Below, piece by piece: positions 23,001 through 36,376 of a DNA stretch of 64,000 nucleotides (its first letter is position 1; each line of letters opens with the position of its first letter). Source of the stretch: Chiloscyllium plagiosum (Eukaryota); contig NC_057718.1 of the NCBI RefSeq assembly GCF_004010195.1, forward strand, positions 13,495,549 to 13,559,548, given 5' to 3'. The translations under genes were made by a program, and so were the position numbers. The notes under the pieces are model-generated. The model ran no database searches and was not told where the DNA came from. It was given only the letters and a program-made list of their open reading frames with translations.

Positions 23001-25474
23001 TGGCGTTTGCAATTAAGTTACACAAACACACGTAACTTCTAGAGATGATGTATGCAATATTTTTGAGTGACTAAGTGGTAGCAGGTGCTGTTGGGTTGAA
23101 AACTTAAACTGCCCAGAAACACCTTTTGATTTCTTTTAAGATGCTGCATTGCCATAGAACTAAGAGCAGTTGCAATCAGACCTCCAAAAAAACCCTGAAG
23201 TCAAACTAGATCTCTCTCTCTCTCCCTCCAATAATTCAAGAAAACCAGCACTAAACAACCCTGAAAAGAAGAACTTCGCATTCAAACAAAAGCTTAGGTT
23301 TTACTGACTAGTTACCAAATTAAAGCTCATCATGGTCAACAACATGGCTTAATTGCCAAAAGGAAAAGAACTGAGAATGTCATTTCATTCCATCCATGCG
23401 GTTTGGATTCCTGATGTAAGAATTTGTGCCTTTCTGCACGTGTTTTCCATCCACAATATTTCTGCAGAACTGTGCATCTTGTCTAATGTGTGTGTTTATA
23501 CTTAAAGGGGGAGGCAGTGGTGGCATAGTTTAAGTTTGCATGTCAGTAACAAATAATACATTGCGCCACTTGTTAGAGGAGAGGTGTGTTACAATAAATA
23601 AGTCTGCTACTGCTAAGTTTCTTTTATTTAAGATAGTGCTTAAAGTCACATAAATTACATATTTTGTGATTAAAGTGGACAAGAGATTTTGAAACACAGG
23701 ACAGCTCGTGGGAGCAACAAGCTACCCTTTCACCATCGCTTGTTTGCTTTAAATATCTTGGCTACTGCACAAATGTTGGTAACTACCTTTTTGCAGATGT
23801 TGTTGTCCTGCTAATGTGTTCATATTTTCCACCACCTTTTAGCAGGGTGGCAATATTATGTCTTCTTTTGCTCCAAGAGGTTGTCTTGGAAAGTATTGAT
23901 GGTAGCAGAAACCATAATCAGTTCACTATCCACAGACAGCTCAGCCTCTGAGAAGTTACAGTACTTGCCCTTCTCATGGCATGAACTAGTCAGCTGATTG
24001 TTGCTGCAGTTGTTTCTAAGACATCAGCTGTTCAAGAGAAATTCTGAAGTTCATTTTTACACAGAACTACTCCACTCCCATATCTTAGCAGTATCTTATG
24101 ATCCTTTCCAAACAGGCCTGAAATATTGATTCTCTGCGACCAACAATCCTTCTAATTTTTTCACAGCTTGGGTATGATAGCTACTTTTGAAAACAGAAGG
24201 TGATGTTGTGTTCAGTGTGAACAGAATATCAGAGCAGCTGTGCACATGCATCTAAGAGGCAATATTTTCTGCAAACCCTCCTCTCCGAAATTTTTGTTTG
24301 ATGGCTGGTTATCCAGTTCTACAATGGCTAAACTTAAAATTCGAAGTTCTAGTCTTTGTTTAAAAGACTAAATTCAGCTCAGGTATCTGTGGCCTTCCAA
24401 TTCATGCGCGGGAATTTGGTGGACATCTTTTGTGTTCCCTATTTTTGCAAACTGCTGGGATTTGGAGGAATTTATAGCAACAACACTAAGTCTACTCCAT
24501 GTGGAGGTTCAGCAACACAGCTGTGGTGCTTCTTTTGCTTTTTTTTCACAAATTCTATCCTGTACTGTTTTCAGCTATGGCTCAAGTGTTCAGGTCCTGT
24601 CAACTTCCACACCCAACTCAGAAGCGAATCTCTGTCCATAGGGCCACTATTCTGACCACCTCACAAATCATAAATTTACTTTCTAGTCAGTGCCATTTGA
24701 ACATTTTTTTTATTTTAAATCATGGGGTCCAGGTAAATGCTACTTCAAACCCTTCCTCAGGCCTCTTTCTGTGTTCAAGTTCACATTGCTGCAATTATTC
24801 TTTGTAAAAGAAAAATCACCACTGATCGCAATACTGTATGGAAATGCTGTGTTCCTTAAGACAGAATCATAACTCCTAGAATGGATTGGTAAGCAGCATA
24901 GGTTCAATTTACTTGAAAATAGCAATCAGGCAAACCCCATACACCAACTGATAAGTTGCTTTGTAATTGCAAGTTATATACACATTCTTAGTCCAACATG
25001 CTGCTGCTTGGTTTCCTCGTAGCTACTGGTCATGCAACATCAGCTTGGTCCTTAGTGCATTAGCACACACAGTTCTTAAAGGAGCAATGCTTCAGAGAAT
25101 AAGTCTGTTCAAAAGATGCCATGGGCGAATCCAGCAAATTAATTTTGGGTTGAATTTTTAAACTAGGTCAAATAATCTTTTGAGAAGGTACTTAGTAGGC
25201 ATTACAATTAGTTTATTTCAAAATGCAAACACTGCACAATTACCTGTGTGGTACCTCTACAGCAATCAGAACTACTAGAAAAAGAAATCAACAAACAAGG
25301 GACCAAAAAGTGCTTGTTTCTCGTAGTGAAAAATAGGCTTTTAGCGAAATCACAAGGATTGCTGTTTTCAGAGAGTAACATTTGAAAAGATTAAAATTAC
25401 TTCACAAATAATTAGCTTTTGTGTCCTAATGAACATAAATTATAGGCACCAGCTCATAATGTTTATACCTGAAG

Positions 25475-25573
25475 TGAAAAAAAAAGATTGCTGGAAAAGT
25501 TCAGCAGGTCTGGCAGCATCTGTGAAGAGAAATCAGAATTAACGTTTCGATTCTGGTGACCCTTCCTCAGAAT
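25475..25573 (-). mobile_element. Penelope-like terminal fragment (second family) beside a splice donor
   Basis: Minus strand reads ctgaggaagggtcaccagaatcgaaacgttaattctgatttctcttcacagatgctgccagacctgctgaacttttccagcaatc. Confidence 0.7.
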
Positions 25574-25581
25574 GTTCCTAC

Positions 25582-25692
25582 CTGGTCCATTTGTGGTAGT
25601 AAAACAAGTAGTGTCTGCCAAATTCTGTTCTTTAGTCGATGCAACATGGAGTTCACATAGTATCGGCCTTTGGTGTTCCTCAGCTCTTCATC
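25582..25692 (-). CDS. TARBP1: TARBP1 coding exon 7/12, 111 nt, phase 0 to 0
   Basis: cacag|GAT...CAG|gtagga. [37 protein letters not shown] contains the RYYVNS.HR.KNR.WQTLLVL motif. Confidence 0.96.
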
Positions 25693-26569
25693 CTGTGAGT
25701 AGGGAAAGTATGTGTCAGATGCTGAGGAGCAGGAGGTTAGGGATTGTGGAGTCATATCCAAAAAAGATACATAACACCATCTTGTGAAAAATAGTTGCTA
25801 AACAGTAATCAAATGTCCTTGACAAAAATAAATCCTACACCCAAGAGGCATTTTAGGTAACTAGACTTTCAACTGGAGAACCCCGTCTAATCAAATCTCA
25901 CTCAGACTGCAAGTTCTAATAATACACAACCTATATGAGACTGCACATCTGCAAAGACTTAAATATTTAGTACCTAAAATATATACAAATACTACTACCA
26001 TCCATTCAACTGGAATTTGAGGATCAGCAAAGGTGAACAATTTGCCAAAATATATCTTAACCGTTGATTTCTTGTGTTATCAATTACAGATAATAATATT
26101 TTCCAGCTTTCTTTCTCCATTTGTTTTTCAGAGTTCCCACAAATATTAGAAGTTACAATATACAAGCAGACTGTTTAGTCTAACTGAGATTTATCTTTCC
26201 CAAGCGCAAACAGTTCAAAGCAACTAATCACATTCCTGTATTCCCACATCATTTCTACACCTCTTCAACCTAATCTTGAGTATTGCTGTTGTTTCCATCT
26301 CAATAATCAATCACGGACATTAACATCACAATTCTGGAAAAAGTAGCTTTTCTTGCTACTCTAAATCTCTCATATTTGAGCATGGCTCCTCATTCGACGG
26401 TCCTCAATCAATGGGAGCATTCTGCCTCTCAATTCTGTTACACATTTATAGACTTACAAAAGATTTTCTATTATATTGCTGGAAATCTGCATCTCTAAGG
26501 AAACAAAACAACATTTCTTCATAATTATAGTTCTCCATCCCTTTGTTAAAGTCTTAAATTTCTTGCTAT

Positions 26570-27168
26570 AGTGTGGAGGATTGCGCTGCAGTCATGGGTT
26601 TACATGCAAACTCTTTGCAACAGTACCTTATTTGCCTGTGCAAAGGTCACAACACTCATTTCAACTGCAAACCCTCGATCACTTTCGGCTTTGCCAAAAT
26701 GACGAGAGGCACACTATCAGCATGAACTACGAATGCCACGCTATCTGGCATATTGCAAAGGGTATGCAGTGCCATTTCTGGGCCTGTGTCTACCCAATTG
26801 TGCGGACTGGAGGTGTAACCGCACTTTTTAAGAATGATTAGGAGTCACAGAGAATTCCTCAAGATGAGATGCCTTTATTTGCAAACAGAAGCTGTGACCA
26901 CCAGAGAAGTTATCCCTGATTGCTCCCAAGCGGCGAGATTATTCTATTGTTTATGCTTTTCTAAATGCCACGCCCTATCCCCGTTGCATTAGCATAACCA
27001 ATTGCACTAAGTCTTCATTATATCCCCTTAACCAATCCGACTTTGTCACATTTGTTGTCTGGATTGCAGCAGTTCATCATGTTGTGTCATGGTCATCTTT
27101 CTTCACCTTTTATCACCTGATGGGCCGCAGTTACACAGGCTGACTCAAATATACAATCCAGACCTTAC
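26570..27168. mobile_element. Possible LTR-retrotransposon remnant (gag zinc-knuckle-like piece plus LTR-like segment)
   Basis: ECHAIWHIAKG resembles CxxCxxxGHIAKVC. Downstream segment has a minus-strand AATAAA and ends ...cttaca. Confidence 0.35.
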
Positions 27169-27592
27169 ACTTATGCAACATGGCAACACTTATGGAGATT
27201 TCATGTAATGTACTCCCTCTTACTTTGTAGTTATACACTCACATTTACCATATTTTCTATTGGAATCTTTGCCTCAAGTGTCAAAAAAAACTTACAGCAA
27301 AAGACAAATAATTAGTTGGCTTCAAAATCCAAACTTGTTAATTCGTTTTCCAACTCATGTACTTTCTAATGTTGACAGAAGAAAGAATTTTATGTAATCA
27401 GATTTTCTCATTTTTACAAGTTGTTGCTCTTTCAAAAATGATTCATTGTAATAGTACTTCAAACAAATTTTTTTTAGAATTCCCTTTTGTATGCAGTTAC
27501 TTAAGTAAAGCTTGAAACAGAATGCATTAGAATCTGAAGACATTCCCTCTATACAGTATAGCTATCAAGATAGCATAAAATAAAATAACCAC

Positions 27593-27818
27593 TGTCATGA
27601 CTGGAATGATGTCAGCCAGGTGAAGCTCATAGAATGCGAGTTCCCTTATTGGATCAGGTTAACAGCCACAATCAGGGAGCCCTGGCTGACGGATATCAAC
27701 AGGAGTGTCAGGGATTCTGCTCACTCGAGGGAGCTGGCTCTGTCAGTGTCCTATACTATGCATGTGTAAATAAAGGGTGACTTGGTGATGGGATGCCTGG
27801 CTTCATAGAGTTATTTCA
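27593..27818 (+). mobile_element. Solo LTR, 226 bp
   Basis: TG...CA termini, internal AATAAA, perfect 5-bp TSD accac (27588-27592, 27819-27823). Confidence 0.85.
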
Positions 27819-28409
27819 ACCACAATCCATGTCCTAAATGATCTGAAATTCAATTCTGGCCAAATTCACGAAGGCTCGTAGGAGTGACTGTGATCTTTAA
27901 AAAAAAACTTATACCTGTTTAGAGACAACTATAAGTCAGTGGGTAAGCTTGACTGTACAGTTTGACTTTTTAAAACAGGTTTTTAATGAATTATATTTTA
28001 GGTATTAACAGTTTAAGCTGGAGAAAGGAAATGATGGATTTGTGAGAATTGATGGCCAAACTAAGTAACCACATGTTAATATATTTTCATCAAAAAAAAA
28101 CATCAACCACTGTGTGTTACCATTGAGAAAGTCTATCCCAACCTCTGACAGTAATGAGCATAAAAGTAAGTTTGTGGACAAGAGTGGCATAGTAGGAATA
28201 TACAGGGTCCATAATGCAGAGGTCAATGGGATCAAAAACATGCTATAACATTTACTGGTCTGTCTGAGCAATGTCAGCAGCAGCAACAGAGGGAAGGAGA
28301 GTGAACCTGAGAATGAACACAGTGGCGGCGTGGAGCTGAATCTAGGGGCAGAGCTCGAGAGATGACTTCATGACTCAAAGTGGAGTGGAGTGGAACGCAG
28401 TGGAGGCCT

Positions 28410-28585
28410 GGACGTTAAATGTCTTCAAGGTAGAGATTGATAAATTCTTGATCTCGCAAGGAGTTAACAGCTACGGGGAGAGTGCAGGTAAATGGAGTTG
28501 AAATGCCCATCAGCCATGATTAAATGGCAGAGTGGACTCAACGGGCTGAATAGCCTTACTTCCATTCCTATGTCTTATGGTCTAA
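28410..28585 (+). mobile_element. CR1 LINE 3' end remnant
   Basis: ttaaatgtcttcaaggtagagattgataaattcttg...gggctgaatagccttacttccattcctatgtcttatgg. Confidence 0.75.
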
Positions 28586-28765
28586 AGTAACACACGCTTT
28601 GCTACTCAGGAACCAGGTTTGCAGACTGAATGGGTCGTGCCTGAAGAGGGATAAAAAAACTTCCTTTTTGTAGTTGTGGTCTACTAGGAACACCCAAGTT
28701 TGGTGATTAGCACATTCATACAATGCAGAAAATGCTCTTCAGCCCATTGAGTCTGCACTAACATA

Positions 28766-29087
28766 AGATTAGATTAGATTAGATTACATTACAGTGTGGA
28801 AACAGGCCCTTCGGCCCAACAAGTCCACACCGACCCGCCGAAGCGCAACCCACCCATACCCCTACATTTACCCCTTACCTAACACTACGGGCAATTTAGC
28901 ATGGCCAATTCACCTTACCTGCACATCTTTGGACGGTGGGAGGAAACCGGAGCACCAGGAGGAAACCCACGCAGACACGGGGAGAACGTGCAAACTCCAC
29001 ACAGTCAGTCGCCTGAGGCGGGAATTGAACCCGGGTCTCTGGCACTGTGAGGCAGCAGTGCTAACCACTGTGCCACCGTGCCGCCCA
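28766..29087 (-). mobile_element. HE1-like V-SINE, full length, nested in the tail of a minus-strand CR1 (~28720-29720)
   Basis: Full SINE with (ATTAG)n tail. Host CR1 shows LYRALVRQQLEYCVQ (ORF 29389-29589). Confidence 0.9.
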
Positions 29088-30420
29088 CTAAAGGTGTACT
29101 AATTTCCTACACTTATCCCATATCCTTGAATTTTATGATATCTGAAGTGCTCATCCAAATACTTTTTAAAGGTTATAAAGGTTTTCAGCCTCCACTACCT
29201 TTGCAGGTAATGCATTCTAGATTCCCACAACCTGCTGAGTGAAAACTTTTCCCGAATCCCCTCTGCATCTCCTACCCTTTACCCTAAAACTATGCCTTCT
29301 TTGGTTGACCCCTCACCAAGAGGAACAGCTCCTGTGTATTTACTTTGTCCATACCCCTCAATATTATACACCTCAATCATATCACTCCTCAGTCTTTTCT
29401 GCTCGAAAGAAAAAATCCAAGCCTATTGAGTCTCTCCTTATAGATCAATTTCTCCATCCCAGGCAACATTCTAGTGCACCTTCTCTGTGTCCCCTCTAGT
29501 GCTATCACATCCTTCCTGTACAGAGGGGGGCAGACTTGCACACAGTACTCCAGCTGCTGCCTAACCAATGCTCTATACAACACCAACATTACCTTCTTGC
29601 TCTTACACCAAGACTGATGAAAACAAGCATCTCATATGCCTTCTTAACTATCCTATTCCTGTGCACTGCCGATTTCAGGGCTCTCTGAATAATTACCCAA
29701 AATCCCTCTGTTCCTCTAAGCTAATATTGGTTAGGTTGTATGATCACTTCCTGGATTACTCTCTGTAGTTGATAAGATTAATTTAGTTAATAAGGTTTGA
29801 AATGGCAGAAGAACTTGGCCTCCTACAATATGTGGGAAATTTGGAGCACTTCCAGGGTCCATGGTGACTATATATGCTTCTGATTTGCCAAATAGAGACA
29901 CCTAGAGTTGCGCATAGACTCACTATGGAGCATCCATGAGGCTGAGAATGTTAATGGATAGCACCAATATGGGCTACACAGAGGGAACAGTTGGGCAATC
30001 ACCAGGAATAAGAGTTAGCTTGGACACACAGTGCAGAAGTTCCTTGTAGCCATTCCCTCTCAAACATGTACACTGTTTTGGATCATGTTCGAGGGGGAGG
30101 GGATTGGCCTCTATGGAGGGTATAAGTTATGTGGAAAGATATGGACAAACGTGGTTTGTTTTCACTTGAATGTCGAAGGATAGGGGTGACCTGGTAGAAG
30201 TTTACAAAATTATGAGAAGTATGAATAGAATGCATAGTTGGATTATTCCCATTTATTCCCATGGTATAAATGTCAATTGCTAGGGGAAACAGGTTTAAGG
30301 TAAAAGAGGATGAGTTAAAAGGAGATTGGAGCAGCAAGTCCTTTTTCACACAAGGTGCCTGAAATGAACTGACACAGATGGTTGTGGAGGCGGATACAAT
30401 CGCAATGCTTAAAAGGCATT

Positions 30421-31440
30421 GAGTCACAGAGACGTACAGTACGGAAACAGACTCTTCGGTCCAACTCGTCCATGCCGACCAGATATCCCACCCCTATCTA
30501 GTCCCACCTGCCAGCACCAGGCCCATATCCCTCCAAACCCTTCCTATTCATACACCCACCTAGATGTCTTTTAAATGTTGCAATTGTACCAGCCTCCACC
30601 ATTTCCTCTGGTAGCTCATTCCATACACATACCACCCTCTGCGTGAAAAGGTTGCCCTTTAGGTCTCTTTTATATCTTTCCCCTCTCACCCTAAATGTAT
30701 GCCCTCTACCTTGTCTACTTACCCTATCCATGCCCCACATGATTTTATAAACCTCTATAAGGTTATCCCTCAGCCTCCAATGCTCCAGGGAAAACAGCCC
30801 CAGCCTATTCAACTTTTCCCAATAGCTCAAATCCTCCAACCCTGACAACATCCCTGCAAATCTCCTCTGAACTCCAAGTTTCACAACATCTTTCTGATAG
30901 GAAGGAGACCAGAATTGCATGCAATATTCCAAAAGCGGCCCAACCAATGTCCTGTACAGCCGCAACATGACCTCCCAACTCCTTCACTCAGTACTCTGAC
31001 CAATAAAGGAAAGCATACTAAATGCCTTCTTCACTATCACATCCACCTGCGACTCGACTTTCAAGGAGCTATGAACCTGCACTCCAAGGTCTCTTTGTTA
31101 GGCAACACTCCCTCGGACCTTACCATTATGTGTATAAGTGCTGCCCTGATTTACCTTTCCTAAATGGAGCACCTCGCATTTATCTAAATTAAACTCCATC
31201 TACCACACCTCAGCCCATTGGCCCCATTGTAATTTGAGGTAACCTTCTTCGCTGTCCACTACACCTCCAATTTTGGTGTCATCTGCAAACTTACTAACTA
31301 TATCTCTTATGTTCACGTCCAAATCATTTAAATAAATGACGAAAAGTAGTGGACCCAGCACCAATCCTTGTAGCACTCCACTGGTCACAGGCCTCCAGTC
31401 TGAAAAACACTCCACCACCACCCTATATCTTCTACCTTTG
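30421..31440 (-). mobile_element. Young CR1 LINE 3' fragment nested in an older plus-strand CR1 (~29790-30420, 31441-31570)
   Basis: GVLQGLVLGPLLFVIYLNDLD, FADDTKIGG, LEYCMQFWSP. The host tail resumes after 31440 (aggcat|...cttgacaaatatatgaatagg). Confidence 0.92.
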
Positions 31441-31624
31441 ATCTTGACAAATATATGAATAGGCAGAGAATAGAGGGATAAGGACCTTGTAAAAGATTTT
31501 AGTTTAGAAAGGCCTCGTGTTGGCCCACTCTTGGTGGGCTAAAAGGCCTATTCCTGTCCTGTATTGTGTTTTGCTTTTATTTACGTTCTCACTAACACCC
31601 CACACATTGGAAGACTGCTACCAT

Positions 31625-31862
31625 TATTGGGATCATGTAGTGCAACAGTAACATCCTACCTCAGAACCAGGAAGCCTGGTTTCAAGCCCCACTTCCTCCA
31701 GAGATGTATCACAACATGTCTGAACAGGTTGATTAAAAATATCTAAAATGGAGGATTTGTTACTCCTTTAAATAAGTCGCATGGCACAGTGGTCACTCTC
31801 TGTGCCAGAAGGTCTGGGTTCAAGTCCTACCTGCTCCAAACATGTCTGAGTAGGTTGATTAA
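31625..31862 (+). repeat. Two adjacent copies of a short tRNA-like SINE remnant
   Basis: Both have ccag(g)aag(c/g)(c/t)ctgg(t/g)ttcaag(c/t)cc followed by aacatgtctga(ac/gt)aggttgattaaa. Confidence 0.55.
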
Positions 31863-32139
31863 ACAATTATATATATTATATGGGGAATAAGTAATCAGTT
31901 TTGTTTTGATTTCTGGTGAGAGAGTAGAACTGAAACAGGCTATAAAAGTATATGCCTGGACTGTGTCTAACCAGCAATTAACAGGCAGTACTACATGGTC
32001 TTGTGGTCATTTCTGCTGTCATGCTAAACCACATTCTGGCTTTAATCATCAAAGTATCAGAAATTATCGGCCATATTCAGCAGAAAAACCAGTGTGTGCA
32101 AATGTTGCCCAAGGAAGATATCAAAAGATAAATAATTAC

Positions 32140-32260
32140 CTTTTCAAGGAGTTTACTGAAAACATTCTCCATGAATTTCCTGTGCAGTGAATTCGATCCA
32201 TTTAAATGACAGAGGAAGTTAATGGCCCAAATCCGCACTGATTGATCATCTCTGTTTCCC
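32140..32260 (-). CDS. TARBP1: TARBP1 coding exon 6/12, 121 nt, phase 2 to 0
   Basis: tgcag|G...AAG|gtaatt. GNRDDQSVRIWAINFLCHLNGSNSLHRKFMENVFSKLLEK. Confidence 0.94.
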
Positions 32261-32699
32261 CTGCAAGGTAGTAAGTCAGCAAAAACAAACACCTATTTCA
32301 ATAAGTTAAATACTATCCAAGTTTTGGTTCACAAGAATGTTACTGTTTCAATAATCTGGTTCCAATCTTAAGGAGAATAATAATTAGATATTGGTCTGAA
32401 AATGTTTACTTTTCAATCTGTTCTTTACTTATTTCCATGTGACCTCCCCAGGACAAGTATCATCTAGGCCTAGTGTTCATCCTAGTAGATGATTAGTTCT
32501 CAGGTGTCTGCAAATGTTATTGTAACCCAGCAGTCATAAAGGATGCAAGAAGATTCATATGTGACTGCGGCTCTGTCATCCAATGCATTCGTGCTAATAA
32601 TTGACTACAAAACCATTGATTTGTGCCTCTTTTCAGACATTTGCTTTGTTAAAGGACATGTTTTAAGGAAAACAACAGCAGTTACTAAAAATTGCTCCA

Positions 32700-33115
32700 G
32701 ATTACACCAGACAGAGTTCAAAGATTTAATATGATATTGCCTGGGCTGGAGCACTTCAGCCATGAAGAGAAACTTGATAGGTTGGGGCTGCTTTCCTCAT
32801 AGCAGGGAATGCCGAGGGGGGACATGATTGAAATAGACAAAGTTAAGAGGGGCACCGAGAAGATAGATATGGAGAAACCTTTTCCATTAGTAGAGGGGTT
32901 AACAACCAAAATGCAACATGTTATGGGAAGGAGCAGAGGTGTTTAGAAGAGATTTGGGGAAAAGAATTGCAACTAAAATAGATGGTGACAGCAGGAACAC
33001 TTGAACCACCACAGCTACAGGCTGACTGCAGGAAACTGGGATTACAATAGAAAGATGCTGGATGACTGACACAAACACAATGGGCTAAGGGTATTTTTCT
33101 GTGTTGTGAAAACTC
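32700..33115 (+). mobile_element. Degraded CR1 3' fragment
   Basis: ttgcctgggctggagcacttcagccatgaagagaaacttgataggttggggctg (LPGLE.FS.EE.L.RLGL). Confidence 0.75.
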
Positions 33116-33719
33116 TTGACTCGAAAATTTTTCTCAAAAGGATTGCAAGGAAACCGACCAAACCTCAGAAAAAATAGGATATGATTTAGATTTTAATCAA
33201 TTTATGTTTTTAAAAAGCTAAAATATCAAAGTTGGAAAATCCAACTACCAACCATGTGGGCACATTATAGTTACTTGTCTGTGATAACAATCTAAATTTT
33301 AAAATTCATTGACGTTCTCTTTATCAACATCAAACACAGCAATCGGTTGCTCCCCAAATGAAACTTCCTCAACAATTCAGGAAATACACATTTATTGGTA
33401 AGTAACAAAATCAGTTAAACTTCACATTAAGCACTCTGATATGGCTTACAACCACTTATCCTTAATCATATTTACAACCATGAAAGACAAACCACTTTCA
33501 TGAGGCACTTGACAGAAGTTATGGTGGTCATATGCATTTCAGTCTTTTCTGGCATATTAAAACAAATTTTTTTTTGCTGTACTGCAATATCATTGTGTGA
33601 ACATGATGTTTCAGTAATAATTAAAATTTGATTAAAGTTCAGGGGTGGGCACAATCTCCTTGATGCAAGGTATATGCTTTTCACCAACAGAGTAAGAAAT
33701 AATTCCAGAGCGATCTCTC

Positions 33720-34010
33720 AGTCTCTAGGAGACCCTGGTGTGGTTTGGAGTCAAAGCCCGGCGCGGACTAGGAGTTGGAGGGACAGTTATTCTGAACTTT
33801 TATTTCTTTACTTTTCTAGTTTATTCCTATGAGCAGTACTGCTGGATTTTTTATTTCTTAATTTTTCAAATGCTTTTTTTTCCCCCCTAAGAATTTGTTC
33901 TTAAGAATCTGTACCTTGGTATCTCTGTACCTAAGATGACGCCCTAAGTTATGACATGTAAGCTTTTTACTGTACTTGTGTGAGTATATAACAATAAAGC
34001 TAATTATAAA
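33720..34010 (+). repeat. Unclassified interspersed repeat with L2-like tail; related copy at ~35833-36185
   Basis: Both copies share tgtacct(t/a)ggta...c(t/c)aag...c(c/a)...actgtact / cagtgtact...gacaata. Confidence 0.5.
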
Positions 34011-34877
34011 TCATCCTATGCAAACATGATGGGATCTACCTCATTTAAACAAACTATGCAAGCATTAAGAAAATATGTCCAGACTCTAATAGATGGTAGA
34101 TAGTTCATGTAAAAATGAGACTGCTTTCGCCTTGTGATTTCGAAGTATTTTAAAAAATGAATTTGAAGCAGCGTCACCCTTACTAGTGATCAGAACAATC
34201 AAAGCCTATCATGTGCTGAAGCAATGTCTCTGTCTACCAAGCTAAACAATCAATGTTAAGGACATGACTTATTCCTTCCAATCAGAATGACAAAATTGTC
34301 ATAACTGTAATCTGATTAGCAGGAGACTTGGCTCTTTCAAACTAGAAGCACATCATGTGTGTTTTAAAAAAATATTGTATTGTGTCCAGTCCCTAAAGAA
34401 TTAGGCTGTAAAAAAAGAATAATCCTGCAAACTTCCTGTTGAGATTCAATCCAAAATGTCAGCACATCCTTCCCAAACAGACAATGCCTTCCCAATCCTT
34501 CATCATTAAAGAACTAACTCCTTCTCAATCTTTCATTTGAGCCTGTTTTCCCCTTCAGCTGTAACCGCAACACTCCCTTCCATAACTGCCTCAAGCTCAA
34601 AGGCTTTATGCTCATTTATCGAGAAGAATTGATTTGCTTTCTTTTCCAATGCTCTCCTAATCAGTTTATCTTTTAGCAGCATTGGTAGTTATGGCTGAGG
34701 CCAGAGGAGTGCACAATTGCTTTAGTCTTTCTAACCCACAGGCAACTACAATTAATAAAAAATATTTTTCAGTTACTCAGATGACATTTAAATACTTTAT
34801 CCAGATCAGGTTTAAACAAAACATCAACCAGTTTTGTTAAATACAAATATAACTTTATATTATCAAAACAAAAGTAG

Positions 34878-35515
34878 AGTGACAGGTAGATAGGATAGTG
34901 AAGGCGGTGTTTGGTATGCTTTCCTTTATTGGTCAGAGTATTGAGTACAGGAGTTGGGAGGCCACTGTTGGAATATTGCATGCAATTCTGGTCTCCTTCC
35001 TATCAGAAGAATGTTGTGGAACTTGAAAAGGTTCAGAAAAGATTTACAAGGTTGTTGCCAGGGTTGGAGGATTTGAGCTTTAGGGAGAGGTTGAATAGGG
35101 GTTGTTTTCCCTGGAGTGTCGGGGACTGAGGGGTGACTTTATGGAGGTTTATAAAATCATGAGGGGCAGGGATAGGGTAAATAGACAAAGTCTCTTCCCT
35201 GGAGTGGAGAAGTCCAGAACTAGAGGGCATAGGTTTCGTGTGAGAAGGGAAAGATATAAAAGGGACCTAAGGGGCAACTTTTTCACGCAGAGGGTGGTAC
35301 GTGTATGGAATGAGCTGCCAGAGGATGTGGTGGAGGCTGGTACAATTGCAACATTTAAAAGGCATCTGGATGGATATATGAATAGGAAGGGTTTAGAGGG
35401 ATGTCGGCCACGTGCTGGCAGGTGGGACTAGATTAGGTTGGGATATCTAGTCGGCATGGACGAGTTGGACCAAAGCGTCTGTTTCCATGCTGTACATCTC
35501 CATTATTTTATGACT
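34878..35515 (+). mobile_element. Young CR1 LINE 3' fragment
   Basis: LLEYCMQFWSP, RGDFMEVYKIMRG, FFTQRVVRVWNELP; small internal deletions. Confidence 0.92.
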
Positions 35516-36376
35516 CTTAAAAAAAAACCTGCTGAGTTTTCCAGCAATATCTGACTTTGTTTCGCTCCAAATGAATTAAAGAAAAACTCCTCCAAGCAAG
35601 CCTCTGTTCAAAAAGAGCCCCAAAGTGTAAGGTGAAGTAAGCAGTTCACACTAATTGTGTGACTGGAGATTTTTTTTAAACAATATTTCTGAGCAATGTC
35701 CATAATGAATTTTCAACAGCCACTTTTAAAGAAATCGTTTTAGTTATATGTACAAAACCTGAAAAGTTTAGTGGAAAAGTTCATTTAAGTCTTCTAAGCA
35801 GTATTAAATTTAAGATGTCACTGTAACATAGTCCCTGGAGACCTAGCAGCCTGGAGTAGAGGATGGGCAGCCAGTGGCCTGAGCGAAGATGGCTACTGGT
35901 CGTGAACCGATGGAGCCCGGGCAGACGATGTGAAAGCCCTTATAGAAAAACTGTAATGTCTACCTTTTTAGCTACATTTCTTATCTTCCTAACTTATACA
36001 TACACTACATATATCTGTAATGTATGGTAATCTTTTTCTTCATTTTCTTTTTTTTTTAGAACCTAAAATTTGTACCTAGGTACTTTGCACCCAAGTCCGC
36101 ACCATATTGGTGACATGATACACTTTGCAGTGTACTCCTATTCTTCTGTAACTTGATGACACGTGACAATACACCTAATTCTAAGTTTAGCCTCACATTG
36201 TACTATCCACATTGGATATAATCATTTTGTGATGTGCCTTGGATCTAATAAAAAAAAGTAAATCTAATTGCAACAGTAGGTTATCTACCTTGCAATGGAC
36301 AGAAAACAGGAAATTTGAATAAGGAGCAACTAAAAGAGTTACAAATAGAGGGGCCCAAGGATTGTCAGGCAGTATA

